A DNA stretch of 64,000 bases from Mobula hypostoma. Taxonomy: Eukaryota. This document shows, piece after piece, positions 1 through 14,728 of this stretch (positions are counted from its first letter, which is position 1; each line of letters opens with the position of its first letter). The notes beneath the pieces were generated by a model. It worked only from the letters and a program-made list of their open reading frames with translations. It was not told where the DNA came from and searched no databases. A program made the translations under genes and the position numbers. Location of the stretch: the NCBI RefSeq assembly GCF_963921235.1, contig NC_086097.1, positions 78,370,001-78,434,000 on the forward strand, read 5' to 3'.

Positions 1-1034
1 TGGTGAACAAACATTCATTGCACATACTGCTAATGTATTCCAGAGATTAACATCCCACTGCAAAATGAATTTCTCACTGGCATCAAAATAATTCCTTTCA
101 TTTGTTGAATATATTCCCCACTCTTAAGTTTTCCATTGCCTGTCAAATTTGGTAACCTATCTATTTGAATAGCTTCTTATCCTCCATTATGCTAAAGCTC
201 AATCATATTCTCATAAAGAGTATACTTTCCCACAGCTTTCAAAAGAAATTCTAACTTTCCAAGTCAACCATGATTTCTAGAGGTCCTTAAGACAGCCATT
301 AATCAAGTGACACACCCTGAATTTTAGGCCTAATTCAATATTCTCCACCAGTATTGTGGATTATCATCAGACACAATAATCCAGATGGATCCAAGAAAGT
401 CACATTTTCATGATGAGAAATATGCTTTACTGCTTCTTATCATTCATCCCAGTTGTACAGCCTAAATTATTAGGGTTGTTTGTACTGGTATTCATGGATA
501 GTCTGGATTGTGATTTTTTTATGATCATTAGCTGTTATACAATGTGTGCCTCTACCTTTCAACTTCTCTTGGTGAAAAATTCAAAGAGATCAGATTATTG
601 TAGGTAATCACACCTGTAATAAGGTTAGAAGAGGCCATTTGACCCAATTGTGCTCATTCGGTTTATTTTGAAAAAGCAGTCATGCATGGTCCACAAGTGC
701 ATTTTTGTCCATAAGTCTTATCCTCATCTTAAAATGCCTGAATAACTCTCTTTTCCAGCGGTGTTCCAAATCCTGAACATGCTAACCAAAGGGGGAAAAA
801 AATCTCCTTACTTCCCCTGTGATTATTAAATGCAACATTTCTAGTTGATTCATCACTCACCAGATCATCCAAGCTTATTTCATATATAAAAACCCTCTTT
901 GTTTATAAAACCTCAACACTTTCTTTGTTTCAAGGACAACAAGCCTTCTCATTTTCTTTAAATAATGATGTCCAAAGTTAAAAGTTGTAACTTCATTCGG
1001 TAACTAACCAATAGATTTTAACATTTTACTGTTA

Positions 1035-3790
1035 GACCATAAGACCACAAGACCATAAGATATTGGAGCAAAAGCAGGCCATTCAGCCCATTGTGTCTGC
1101 TCCACCATTCAACCATGGGATGATCCAATTCTTCCAGTCATTCCCCACTCCCCCTACCCTTTGATGCCCTGGCTAATCAAGAACCTATCTATCTCTGCCT
1201 TAAATGCACCCAATGACTTTAATCGCTTGTGGCAACAAATTACACAGATTTACTACCCTCTGACTAAAGTAATTTCTCTGCAGCTCAGTTCTAAATGGAC
1301 GCCCTTCAATCCTGAAGTCATGTCCTCTTGTCTTTGACTCCTCTACCATGGGAAATAACTTTACCATATCTAATCTGTTCAGGCCTTTTAACATTTGGAA
1401 TGTTTCTATGAGATCCCCCCTCATTCTCCTGAACTCCAGGGAATACAACCCAAGAGCTGCCAGATGTTCCTCATACGGTAACCCTTTCATTCCTGGAATC
1501 ATTCTTGTGAATCTTCTCTGAACCCTCTCCAATATCAGTATATCCTTTCTAAAGTAAGGAGCCCAAAACTGCACACAATACTCCAAGTGTGGTCTCACAA
1601 GTACCTTATAGAGCCTCACATCACATCCCTGCATTTATATTCTATACCTCTAGAAATGAATGCCAATATTGCATTCACCTTCTTCGCCACGGACTCAACT
1701 TGGAGGTTAACCTTTAGGGTATCCTGCACAAGGACTCCCAAGTTCCTTTGCATCTCTGCATTTTGAATTCTCTCCCCATCTAAATAATAATCTGCCCATT
1801 TATTTCTTCCACCAAAGTGTATGACCATACACTTTCCAACATTGTATTTCATTTGCCACTTCTTTCCCATTCCCCTAAACTATCCAAGTCTTTCTGCAGG
1901 CTCTCTGTTTCCTCAACACTACCCACTCCTCCATCTATTTTTGTATTATTGGCAAAGTTAGCCACAAATCCATTAATCCCATAGTCCAAATCATTGACAT
2001 ACATCGTAAAAAGCAGCAGTCCCAACACCGACCCCTGTGGAACTCCACTGGTAACCGGCAGCATGCCGGAATAAGATCCCTTTATTCCCACTCTCTGTTT
2101 TCTGCCGATCAGCCAATGCTCCACCCATGCCAGTAACTTCCCTGTAATTCCATGGGCTCTTATCTTGCTAAGCAGCCTCATGTGCGACATCTTCTCAAAG
2201 GCCTTCTGAAAATCCAAGTACACCACGTCTACTGCATCTCCTTTGTCTACACTGCTTGTAATTTCCTCAAAAAAATTGCAGTAAGTTAGTCAGGCAGGAT
2301 TTTCCTTTCAGGAAACCATGCTGGCTTTGGCCTATCTTGTCATGTGTCTCCAGGTATTCCGTAATCTCATCCCTAACAATCGATTCCAACAACTTCCCAA
2401 CCACTGATGTCAGGCTAACAGGTCTATATTTTCCTTTCTGCTGCGTCCCACCCTTCTTAAATAGCGGAGTAACATTTGTAATTTTCCAGTTATCCAGTAC
2501 AATGCCAGAATCTATCGATTCTTGAAAGATCATTGTTAATACCTCTCCAGCTACTTCCTTCAGAACCCAAGGGAGCATTCCATCGGGTCCAGGAGATTTA
2601 TCTACCCTCAGACCATTAAACTTCCTGAGCATCTTCTCGTCATAATTTTTACTGCACATACTTCACTTCCTTGACACTCTTGAATGTCGAATATATTGCA
2701 GATGTCATCCACTGTAAAGACTGATGCAAAATACGCATTCAGTTCTTCTGCCCATCTCTGCGTCTCTCACTACAATATCTCCAGTATCATTTTCTATTGG
2801 TCCTATATCTACCCTCAACTCTCTTTTACCCTTCATATACTTAAAAAAGCTTTCAGTATCTTCTTTGATATTATTCACCAGCTTCCTTTCATAATTCATC
2901 TCTTCCTTCCAAATTACCTTCTTAGTTTCCTTCTGAAAGTTTTTAAAAGCTTCCCGATCCTCTATCTTCCCACTAGCTTTGGCTTCCTTGTATGCCCTCT
3001 CTATTGCTTTTACTTTGGCTCTGACTTCACTTGTCAGCCACAGTAGTGTCCTTCTTCCATTTGAAAATTTCTTCTTATTTGGAATATATCTATCTTGCAC
3101 TTCTCCCATTTTTCGCAGAAACTCCAGCCATTGCTGCTCTTCTGTCCTTCCTGCTAGTGTCCCTTTCCAGTCAACCTTGGCTAGTTCCCCTCTCATGCCA
3201 TTGTAATTTCTTTTATTTCACTGAATTACCGACGCATTGGAATTTAGTTTCTCCTTCTTAAATTTCCAAGTGAACTCGAACATATTGTGATCACTGTTCC
3301 CTAAGGGTTTCTTAACCTTAGGCTCTCTTATCACCTCCGAATCATTGCACAACACCCAATCCAGCACAGCCAATCTCCTAGAGGGCTCAACAACAAGCTG
3401 TTCTAAAAAGCCATCCCTTAGACATTTTACAAATTCTCTCTCTTGAGGTCCAGTACTGGCCTGGTTTTCCCAATCCACTTTCATGTTAAAATCCCCAACA
3501 ATTATCATGCCATTGCCCTTCTGACATGCCTTTTCTATCTCCTGCTGTAATTTGTAATCCACATCCCAGCTGCTGTTTGGAGACTTGTATACAACTGCCT
3601 TTTACCCTTGCCATTTCTTAACTCAACCCATAGAGATTCTACACCTTCGGATCCTATGTCATCCCTTTCTAATGATTTAATATTATTTCTTATACGTAGG
3701 GCCACACCACCCCCTCTGCCTACTAACCTATCTTTCCGATACACCGTATATGCTTGGACATTCAACTCCCAGTGGCAGCCGTCCTTTACT
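1035..3790 (-). mobile_element. CR1 LINE, 5'-truncated, frameshifted ORF2 (endonuclease + RT + C-terminus)
   Basis: A chain of minus-strand ORFs: YRKDR..GRGGGVAL, IIVGDFN, LGNSDHN, KSPGPDG, YRPVSLTSVVGK, QHGFLKGKSCLTNL, YLDFQKAF, GVPQGSVLG, LVRPHLEYCVQFW, KTRGH. The short-repeat 3' tail (accataag)n is at 1036-1060. Confidence 0.92.
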
Positions 3791-3867
3791 CTTATTTCTT
3801 TGTTTTTATGTTCTCTGTCTCTGTTTGTAAATCTAACCAACCCATACAGGTTTTAATGCCTACCAGT

Positions 3868-4010
3868 GTGGCGTGTGGCCAAGTGGTTAAGACTTCGGTT
3901 TAGTGATCTGAAGGTCGCTAGTTCGAGTCTCAGCTAAGGCAGCATGTTGTGTCCTTGAGCAAGGCACTTAATCACACATTACTCTGTGATGACACCGGTG
4001 CCAAGCTGTG
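3868..4010 (+). mobile_element. tRNA-derived SINE head plus conserved central domain
   Basis: A-box-like TGGCCAAGTGG (~3876), B-box-like GTTCGAGTC (~3921), then GTGTCCTTGAGCAAGGCACTTAA, typical of SINE core domains. Confidence 0.7.
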
Positions 4011-4239
4011 ATGTACGGTGATAGCTAACCTGCACCTTTCCAAGCCAACAATGGGTGGAAAATACAAACTGACCTTACCAGCAATACCCACTTCCTTGAA
4101 AAACATCTCCTCAGGTGGTATAGCTTGAACAACTGAGCTTCAGAGAACTTCCACCATAGAAAGCAGAGAGGGGTCTCAGTTTAATAATTCAAATAATGGT
4201 ATCTCTGTTCACAGTGACAAATGGTTTTGATATTATTAA

Positions 4240-6060
4240 ATTGGTTTACTGTCGTTCATTGTTCTGAGTTACAATGAAAAACCTATCTTAGTCCCATACA
4301 GATAAATTCATTACAACAGACCATTGAGGTATACAAAGTAAAACAATAAAAGAACACAGAATAAAGTATTATGGATAAAGAGAAATTTCCATGCAGGTAG
4401 TCGGTAAAGTTCAAGGTCACAATGAGGTCTAAAGATTCCATCTTGTTGTACTAGGGAACCATTCAATAATCTAATGACAGTGGGATAGAAACCATCCTTA
4501 AGCCTGGTGGTTTGTGTTTTCAGGCTTTTGCGCCTTCTGCATAACAGGAGAAGGAGAAGAGAGAGTGTTCAGAGTAGGTGGGATCTTTGATTATGCTGGC
4601 TTCTTTACCAAGGCAGCGAGAAGTAGAGACAGATTACATAAAAGGGAGGCTGTATTCTGTGATATGTATGCTGTATTCACAAATCTGCAGTTTCTTGCAG
4701 TCAAGTTTGCATATGATGCCACCATAGTTGCCATAGCCAGCTGTGATGCATTCGATAGGATCCTTTCTGTAGTGTATTGATAAAATTTGGTAAGGGTAGA
4801 AAGAGTACTTGCAAAGTTCTTTAGTCTTTTGAAAAAATGGAGGCACTGGTAAGTTTGGCCATGGCATCAATGTGATTGGACCAGGACAGGCTATTAATGA
4901 TGTTCACTCCTAGGAAACTGAAACTCTCACCCTCCTGACCTTAGCACCACTGATGTACACACACCTCCCCTTTCCTGAAGTCAATGAGCAATGTTTTTGT
5001 GTTGCTGACATTGAGAGAAAGGTTGTTATCGTGGCACCGTATCACTAAGCTCACTATCTCCTTCCTGTACTCCAACTCACTTTGTTCTTTCAGATAAAGT
5101 CCACTATGGTGGCATCATCTGCAAACTTGTGGATAGAGTTAGAGTAAAGTCTGGCCAAACAGTTTGAATAAGGGTCTGAGGTTGCAGCCTTGTGGCATAC
5201 CAGTGTTGTGAATAATTGTGATGGAGGTGTTGCTACCCATCTTTACTGACTGCAGTTGTTGGTCAGAAAGTCAAAGACCCAATTGCAAAGGGAGGTGTTC
5301 AGTCCCACCATTTGGAGTTTGCTGGTGAGTTCTCTCAGATGTATTGACGTCAAAGCAGTTGAAGTGAACTCCATGACAGGTAATATTGGTAACATTTTAC
5401 TGTTAGGTCTTCCAGGTTGGATTATCAGGAACTCGCCAGACCGTCATATCCAAGCACCATGAGGAGTTGTTTACAAAACAGACCTCTCCACCCATAAGTT
5501 TGCCAGAAAATGCCATGTGGTTCAATCCACGAACTGAGAAACCACCACACTGTACAGTGTAGACAGGCAATGCAGATATAAACAACGTTTCCATGAAACA
5601 TAGCACAGAGCAGTCTCTCAGTTCCCTTTGGTAGGTCATTCTCACTCTTAGATTAATAACCTTGCTCTTGGTGGCCTGAACTTTAGCTAGTAGTATGCTA
5701 GGGAGAGAGGACTTGAACCCATATTGTTTTAGCCTTACCTACAACCCAACCCTTCTACCACACTTCTGAGGTATGTGGCTGCATCCAATCAGTTCTTAAG
5801 AGGAGCGGCCTGGCCTGAAGGGTAAGTGATTGCTTAAGCATAGACCTGGAAGACCTGAAATGGATTCATCTGGACTAGAAGATACGTGATTTCTTCTGGG
5901 CAGATCTGGAATAGATTCAGCTGGCCTTTAAAGTAAGTTGTTGTACCCATGCCATTTTAAAAGTCCTGAGGAGAAGTTAATCTAGGATAGCCTTGGTGTT
6001 GGGACTTAGCCCTGGATGCTTTGTAAGATGTTTTTGATCCAGAGGGGTGTGGGTGTCAAG
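4240..6060 (-). mobile_element. Degenerate Rex1/Babar-type LINE fragments
   Basis: Minus-strand remnants QRELRDCSVLCF.ET, GG.VCF.VN, an FADD-type motif near 5115, and similarity to the better-preserved Rex1 copies in the window. Confidence 0.65.
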
Positions 6061-8374
6061 ATATGCAAAAGCTCTGGAGTTATGGGACTGAACACTGCTC
6101 TGTCTGAAGATGCTGGAATTAAAGAGTAATGGGTGCAGAGACTGTGGGGCTTTCACTCCAGAAACTTCTCATAAATTAAACTAATTTTTCCAAGAGCAAA
6201 AATGTGATTTGTATGGCTCTCACTGTTTACTTCTGCCTCCTATTTTAACCTATTACTCTAAAATGACAGAAGTAATTTAAATAGCTTTTAAAGTTTTGTC
6301 TTATTCCATGGTGAGTTTTATGGGCTGCAATTTTCACCACCATTCCATAACAGTTAATTATAAGCTGTTCTGTTCTAAGAATATATTGTTGAATAACATT
6401 CTGCTTTGTAACCCACTGCTGGATATATAAATATCATTAATCCTTAAACTGTAAGCACAGAACACTGCTACTTGTAAATGTGTATGGCTGTTAACATGAG
6501 GAAAGAAAGACATTTCATTTAAACTGTAAGATATTATTGTCAAGCAAGACAGGGAGGCACCTATAGAATGAATGGTTTCAAGCAAATAACAAAATGTTGC
6601 TGTATTTACTCATATGCTTACATGTATTAGTTAGAATTTTAGAATATATGACAGGTTGCTTTCTGCCAGCTAACCTCTGGGAGAAATGGTAAATAAATAA
6701 ATGTTCATGTTAGCTTAACTTATTAACCTATAAACTTTTCTCATTAATTTGTAATATTTTCAAAACAATCTAAAACTAATTTGCCATATTACAAAATTAA
6801 ATCAATACTACTTTTATTTCCAAATGTTGTTGTTGGCTCAGATGGTCTGGTCAGAGAGAATGAATGGTACTCACTATTGATTCTACCGGTATTTAAAATT
6901 GTCAAAAGGTATTTGGGTTATTTATGCACTCTGGTTTGTGGTAATTAGAGAACAAAATCAGAATCCTTTAATCCCCTAAACCAAGTAGATTTGCATTTAT
7001 GACCTACAGGCACCAATCTGGTTCCAATACATTGCCTACATCTGGAGAGATATTTGCAGCATGAATTTGCTAGCCAAATCTGATTGTGCAACAACATATA
7101 CTTGTGCAGCCTTCGAAGTCAGTAGACTGCAACATCAATGAAAATGCAAAAGACTTGAGAAAGTTCTGTTGGTCTCCTGATGCTTTTTAAAGAAGGAAAT
7201 GTGTTTATCCTACCTTGATCTGGACAGTATACAACTCCAGTCACATGTCAATGCTTAACTTCTATCTGAAATTGCCACTCAGAGGCAAGCGGGGGAAGCA
7301 ATTAGTGCTAGCCTTCTCACCAACAATCACAACACACAATTAAAAATAAATGTCCACAATCCCGACTCAGACCAGAGAATATCTGAATTTGTTGACCACA
7401 GTCATTAGCCAGGAAGCTCACAACATAAGAAAAGCACCATTGTTGGGTCTTGTACTACGAGCTATAAATGGTAAGAAAAGGTGGAAATGGCTTTGGGAAC
7501 TTGAACTAAAGGCACCTCGAAAGTCTTGCAATTTTCTCTCCTCAAATATTGACAGGAGGAAGGCCAAAGCAAGAGCTTTATCCTGTGCTTCTTCAGGCAA
7601 TGCTGCAATGAGGGTCTTTTATAACAAAGAGATAAAAAGATGATGCTAGCGATCTTGGAACACTTCTTGGGTAATGGTTAGATGGAGTAATATTAAAGAC
7701 GGAAATTAACATCCCCTTGCATCCTCATCATAAGGAATGTCAACAAAATTCCAGTTCAGTACATGATGTAATATACCCCATTCCTTTCCTTACAGGTTAG
7801 GTGACACAAAATGTTGATAGTTATGCGATTTCTACCAAGGTTAAAATATGTTTTGGTTTTATTAATCCAGGTCTAGCCTAATCTTTATTCTTCCCAGAAA
7901 AATGTACTATCTCACACTTATCCAGTTTAAATGTAATTTGCAATAAAAACACCAACTGAAAATTCATTAATGCTCTCTTTTATTTTGTTACAATCTTATG
8001 ATATTGTACTTCCTGCCCTTAGATCTCAATGCATTTTTATACAATTGTAGCCTTAACACCAGTACTGGTGGAAAACTACTTTCCACCTTTGCTAGTCTAA
8101 GTAACTACATTTGACCCAACATATTTATTTTCTGTTATGTCGCCAACTACCAAACTAGCCTTGGCAACTCACTGTTACTTTTTCAAGAGTTTCAATAAGC
8201 ATGGTTGTGTTTATGTAAATCTTTGCTGAGACCCTTTTTATATTTTATGTTTTCATATGGTTTTGTTATTTGAGCTAGTTTTGGGTACTATTTTCTAGTG
8301 GGTGCTACTTGTAGATTTGCCAGTTTCCTCCCTCCTCAAGCTTCCTTCTAAATGCGAATGAAATCAATCTAGAC

Positions 8375-8454
8375 CAGGGGGTCCCAATCTTTGTCATGCC
8401 AAAGACCAATATCATTAAGCAAGGGGTCTGTGGACCCCAGTTTGGGAACCCCTG
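8375..8454. mobile_element. 80-bp hAT (Charlie-like) MITE
   Basis: TIRs CAGGGGGTCCCAA / TTGGGAACCCCTG. Perfect 8-bp TSD ATCTAGAC at 8367-8374 and 8455-8462. Confidence 0.85.
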
Positions 8455-8631
8455 ATCTAGACCTTCACCACCTAGGACACGCCCTCTTCTCAATACTACC
8501 ATCAGGGAGGAGGTACAGTAAACTCAAGAGCCACACTCAACATTTAAACGTAACTTCTCTTCCTCTGCCATCAGATCTCTGAAAAGTCCATGAACACTAC
8601 CTCATTATTCCCCTTTTTTACACTATTTACC

Positions 8632-9522
8632 TGTAACCAGGTAACCATTGGGTCTTATTCAGTATCATTAAAAGTGTACTTTGACATTCATCCAGGTAAT
8701 GCTAGAATAGTTGTCTGTGCCTTTAAGAGAGACTGTGATGTCATTACGCACGCACAAGATAGTGGGGAGACCATTTTGTTTCTGCTGAAGATGCTGGTGG
8801 GGTGTTGGAATCTGGTCTCTCCCAGAGTGTGCTGGGCGTGGTGAGGAAAGGTGACCATTAATTGACGATATCCATGTGAATTCATTTATTCTTGCTGGCG
8901 AATTGCGAATGTCGGTAACTTGACATGTTTTACATGTGGATGCTTTACATTTTCTCAAGTGAATGACTCAACGCTGGATCGCGTGGCTTGGGCAAAGTTC
9001 CTCATCATCCAAGTAGGTCAGTCTTCCTGTAATTTAACTACCAGGCAATACCTTGTAAAAGTTGTGCCAAAGTGTACCTTTTGTCTAACTTTATTGTATT
9101 GGGACTGATAGTGCATGTAACCGTGTAACGTGAATGTTTAGTCTCTGTTCAGAAGTTCAGCACGTGTGTATGTCTTAGATGAGATGTATTCGCTTACATT
9201 TTTCGCTGTTATGTATAAGATGCAGGGTGGGTGGGATTCTAATGTTGTTTGTATTGTGTTCCTTCAGGATTGCCACTACCGTATTTGTACTGTATTAGTA
9301 CCATATTAGTTCTGGTGTTTTTTATACTGCATACACAATTCTGTCCATACACAAGGGTGTGAATCGGAAGTTAAACTGAGATTGTAACAACAAGAACTGG
9401 TTGTAAATTCGTTCGTTTTGTTTCGCGACCCTCTACTGGCACTTAAACATCGAAAACCGATAAAGGAATTAAAACCCGAAAAAGTCTTTGTTATCCTGAG
9501 TGTGTACTTTCCCCAGCCGACA
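8632..9522 (+). mobile_element. Probable solo LTR inserted in a Rex1 3' end
   Basis: TG...CA termini, near-TSD TACC/TAAC and ATTAAA near 9468. It interrupts a Rex1 3'UTR (8463-8631) that resumes at ~9523-9620 and ends in (ctgatt)n. Confidence 0.6.
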
Positions 9523-12289
9523 TAACTATTTTTTGTAATTGATAGATTTTTTTTATGCCTTTGCACTGTACTATGGCCACAAAACATGAGAGTTAATAGA
9601 CCTGATTCTGATTCTGATTTTGGATCAGGAATTTGACCCTCTCTAATTTGATTTTTTAAAATTATCTCCATAGTACCATTTTAAATCTGTATCTTTGGTG
9701 ATCTCAATAGTAAATACCCAGGCAAAGAAATAATTCCATATTTTTGCCATTTTGCTGTCACTAACTGTGAGGTTTCCTAGAGCATCCATTGCTGGCCATA
9801 TCCTATTCTGACTTGCTTTTTGTTAATTGTAAGTCTGCACAATACCTCAATATTTTCTTTTTACATACCTTGATCATTTGTAGCCCTGCTTTGCTTTACA
9901 GGTTGTTTTTGTTTGCATGTGTCCTGATATCTATATCTTTCCTTTGCATTTTTGGGCATTAACTCTGCATCAGAGTCTGGATCTGTAACCATGCACATCA
10001 TTCAATACAGTATTAACATACAGAAAGAGAACCAGAAATGAGTTCTTGAGAACAATTAAATATAACATCTTTTGTTTTTACATGACTATTTAATACATAA
10101 AGTATTTTTAAAATAATCTTTTTGGCTCTCAAAAGTTCATTAATCCCAATAAACAGTGCTAAATTATGCTAGATAAATGTGGGGCAGTATGATCGTTAGT
10201 TACATTACTTTGGAATCCAAACATATTGTTGAAAATGTAGCAGGATTCATACGCAAAGAATCTTGTCATTTTTTGCAGTTATTAATCTTAATTTATTTAT
10301 ACCTGTAAATTTGTAATACCTATAAGCAAACCAAACATCAGATCACAAAACCAAAAGTAGACTGAAGCCTCATATCAGAAGAAGCTATGTACTTAAATTA
10401 CTGTTTTCAAGAAAAAAATACACAAGTTTATTTTTCACTAAAAGCAATTAGTGTCTTTCTTAAATGTTCCGATGCTTATTCTGGTTAAAGCATACATTTC
10501 AGCTAAATATGTCTTGTTATAAAGCAGCAACTTCAATTGTAACTACAGTGTGGAACATTTGGGGTATCAAATAGCTTCAAGAAACAAAGAAGCAACTGGG
10601 ATGTTAATAAAGAAATACCAGACCTTGGAAACTATGCTTCTCTTGCGCTTGTATAATTACTTAGGCACAAGGAAGGCTCTGCCCTTCCATGAAATCTCAG
10701 AGAGTGAAAAGACAGAAAGTGTTAGGCTATAGAATTAGCACCTGCAGTCCTTCCTCACTCTCTCACACAAACACATTTTGTTATGCAAGTGAATTTACAC
10801 ATACCAAGAATCATCATCAAAATGTTCAACGCACTATGTCTCCAACTACTTCATGATCAGTGGCCCATGAGACACCACAAACAGGCAGGGGGTTATTCTG
10901 TCCCTTCCTCTTCTGCTCAGCATGGGAATGGTCAAGCTTTAATTCCTTTGCAGTCTGTTGCCAGGCACTGCCTTTGGCAGCAGGAACAGATGTACAATTA
11001 GCTTTGTTATGTTTCTCCTTCATGAGCTGTCCTATATAAAAATAAGAAAATCTCTATCTGGCTCAAATCTGCTTTGAAACGATTCACTACATTCACATGT
11101 TTAATATCCTGAGAACTCTCCTAATAATTAACATATTTATAAATTAACAGTTTCTTTTGAAATAATAGATGCATATTATTTGACAAACATCAGCATGGAA
11201 ACAGGTAGTAAATTATTTGACATCAGACTATATTGACTGATTTTTATATACCTTTTTCTAAACCATAACTTGGTTGTCAACCAGCTTGGTTATTTCTAAT
11301 GAAACATACTAAGGAGTTTGGAGAACTTCAGAGCTTCAATAACATGTATATAAAATATATGAAAATAATTTGTTTTGTCAAATACTTCATCAAACTAGCA
11401 TAATTTAACAAAGCAGTATAACAAAAGTGAGATCTTTTGGTTAATATAAACAGTAATCTTTGTGTGATCATTAATATTGTAATTAGAAAAACATACCAGA
11501 TTCCTGAGTATTGAAATAGCAGCATAAATACTATAATTCTGCTGAACTATAGTCATTGGTTTTTGCCTGATTCTGGGCATGATCCTTTGAGAAGGATATC
11601 AAGACTTTGGATAGGGTGCTAAGGTAACTTACTAAAAAGGCAGCAGGAATGAGGGACTTCCATCATGTGGAGCAATAGGGGAAATTGAGATTATTATCCT
11701 TGGCAAAAGGAAGACTTATTTAGTTACAAGCTTTTAAAATTGTGTGTATTTTTGCTATGACAATTATTCAAACTTAAATCAGTCTTTTCCATGTTGCACA
11801 CCAAGTGTTTAATTTCTAGATATTTTTTCTTAGGATAACTCTTAAAGCTTTGTTGATAAACCCAAAGGGATTCTGGTGTAACAAATAAAAAAAACACTCT
11901 AGTCCTGAAATCAGCCTACCAGAATGTATACAGACCCAATCATTCATTAAAGTACACCCATTATTATAATACACTTTGCATAATGCACCATACTCTCTGA
12001 ACAATGTAAATGCAATGCATGATTAAAGTGAAAAAGATGTTGCAATTAAAAGGAAATAAATCAACACATGGAATTTAAGTAATGGCTCCAATTGTACAAG
12101 TCTCCTTGTGAAGTACCAAAGGCAATGTTTGTCCAAATTAACAGCAAGGAAAAAGACAAAGTCATGACATGCTTTGTAAATCTCTCTATCTTTATGGACT
12201 CAGCCAAATGGTTTGAGATTTGGCTAGTTTAATGTAAGGAATATCATGAGCAAGGCGGATAAACTTAGAGCCTGGATCAGTACATGGAA

Positions 12290-13960
12290 CTATGATGTGG
12301 CCACTACAGAAATTTGGATGACTCAGGGGTAAGAAGGACTGTGAGGGAGGCAAAAGAGGTGGGGGAGTGGCACTGCTAATCAGAGATAGTATCATGGCTG
12401 CAAAAAAGGAGGGATTGTCTACTGAGTCATTATGGGTGGAAGTCAGAAACGGGAAGGGGGCAATACTCTACTGGGTGTTTTTTATAGACCCCCTATAGTA
12501 ACAGAAACATCGAGGAGCAGATAGAGAGGCAGATTCTGGAATGGTGCAATAATAATAAGGTTGTTGTGATGAGTGATTATAACTTTCCTAATATTGACAG
12601 ACATCTCCTTAGAGCAAGGGGTTTAGATGGGGTGGAGCTTGTTAGGTATGTTCAGGAAGGTTTCCAGATGTAATATGTAGATAAGCCAACTAGAGAAGAG
12701 GCTGTACTTGATCTGGTATTGGGAAATGAATCTGGTCAGGTGTCAGATCTCTCAGTGAGAGAGCAATTTGGAGGTAGTGGATGAAGGTAGAGCAGTGGAT
12801 GTAGTGTATATGGATTTCAGTAAGGCACTTGATAAGGTTCCCTATGCGAGGTTCATTCAGAAAGTGATAAGCCATGGAATCCAAGAAGACCTTGCTTTGT
12901 GGATCCAGAATTCACTTGACCACAGAAAGCAAAGGGTGGCTGTGGATGGTTTGTATTCTGCATGGAGGACAGTGCCCAGTGGTGTTCTGCAGGGATCTGT
13001 TCTGGGACCCCTCCTTTTTTTGAGTTTCATAAATGACCTGGATGAGGAAGTAGAAGGGTGGATTAGTAAGGTTGCTGATAACACAAAAGTTATGGGTGTT
13101 GTGGATAGTCTGAAGGTTGTCAGGGGTTACAGCGGGACATCGATAGGATGCAGAACTGGTCTGAGAAGTGGTAGATGGAGTTCAACCCAGATAAGTGAGA
13201 AGTGATTTAGTTCGGTAGGTCAAATCTGAAGACATAATATAATATTAATATTAAGACTGTTGACAGTGAAGGATCAGCGAGATCTTGGGGTGCATGTCCA
13301 TATGACCCTCAAAGCTGCTACGTAGGTTGACAGTGTTGTTAAGAAGGTATATGATGTGTTGGCTTTCATCAACTGTGGGATTGAGTTCAAGAGCATGTGG
13401 TAATGTTACAGCTATATAAGACCTTAGCTAGACCCCACTTGGAAAACTGTTTTCAGTTCTGGTTACCTCATTACAGGAAGGATGTTGATGCTATAGTGAC
13501 AGTGCAGAGGAGGTTTACAAGGATGTTACCTGGATTGGAGAACATGCCTTATGTTGAATGAACTTGGTCTTTTCTCCTCGGAGCGATGGAGGATGAGAGA
13601 TGTATAAGATGGTGAGATGCATTGATCATGTGGATAGCTAGAGGCTTTTTTCCCAGGGCTGAAATGGCTAACACGAGGGGGCATAGTTTTAAGGTGCTTG
13701 GAAGTAGGTACAAGGGGGATGTCAGAGGTAAGTTTTTAACACAGAGAGTGATGGGTGCATGGAATGCACTGCCAGTGAAGGGATACAAAAGGGTCTTTTA
13801 AGAGACTCTTAGGTAAGTACATGGAGCTTAGAAAAATAGAGGGCAATGTGGTAGGGAAATTCTAGGCAGCTTCTAGAGCAGGTTACATGGTCAGCACAAC
13901 ATTGTGGGCCGAATGGCCTGTAATGTGCTGTAGATTTTCTAAGTTCTAAGTTTTATGTTT
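12290..13960 (+). mobile_element. CR1 LINE with an internal deletion (endonuclease joined to mid-RT at ~12770)
   Basis: GGGVALL endonuclease motif; RT ORF 12768-13205 (VDVVYMDFSKA, SGVLQGSVLGPLLF); 3' tail ttctaagttctaag. Confidence 0.88.
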
Positions 13961-14728
13961 ATACTTCTGTCTTCATGCACCTTGCACCCTGACTTTTTCA
14001 CCAGACCTTTCCTCTTTCCAACTATCATCTTTGAAGTCAGAGTTATCTTATTATCCTTTTAAATTCATCTTCATTAACTTCAATTCTGACATGACTGTTT
14101 TCAGTCTGTCCTATCACACTGACTCCTCTCTATTGGGTTTACAATAATAAACTGGGTCTATAATAATAAATAAGCCTTCCTCTTCTGTACTGGGTTTACA
14201 TGAATAAATTAATGTTTGGTGAATATTTAACTAATGTTTGCTATTGCATGCTTCAGAGATTTCCAGAGCTTTGGAAATTCGTCACGTTGCAATTCAGTCC
14301 TCTCTCAAAGCTCCTAGAGAATCCATGTTTGAGTTAGTCCATTCAGCCCTTTATAAGAGCAAGAGCCTTGCATTCATTGGTTGTACTATTGAATTTAAAC
14401 AATGCCAGCACCTCTATCCATACCAATTTTGCCAGACCCAATTAATATAAATTAATATTATAACAGTGTAACTCCTCGTATTGAGCTGTTGCTTTTCAAT
14501 TGATTTGTGGACTCTTACAATGACATGGCAGTGACCTTTGAGCTTGTTCTCTTCCACTCTTCCTTTGGTCTGCATTCCTGCCTTCAAATTTTGTCAAAGA
14601 TTCCATTCTTCTGAAATTGCCGAGCCACTACCGAAATGATGTTTTTAAATTGTACTACAATCTTCCACTGGCCCCAGATTTGGAAGGTCTTTTACTCCGA
14701 GAGACCTCACCCAACTTGATATTCTGAT

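Noticed and set aside
3868..3940. tRNA gene
   Set aside because: There is no clean cloverleaf or terminator, and it runs into a SINE central domain.
6358..12004. Short 60-120 aa ORFs in AT-rich DNA (also at 26000-34200 and 49400-51300)
   Set aside because: No recognisable domains or convincing exon structure; consistent with chance. Small exons cannot be excluded by eye.
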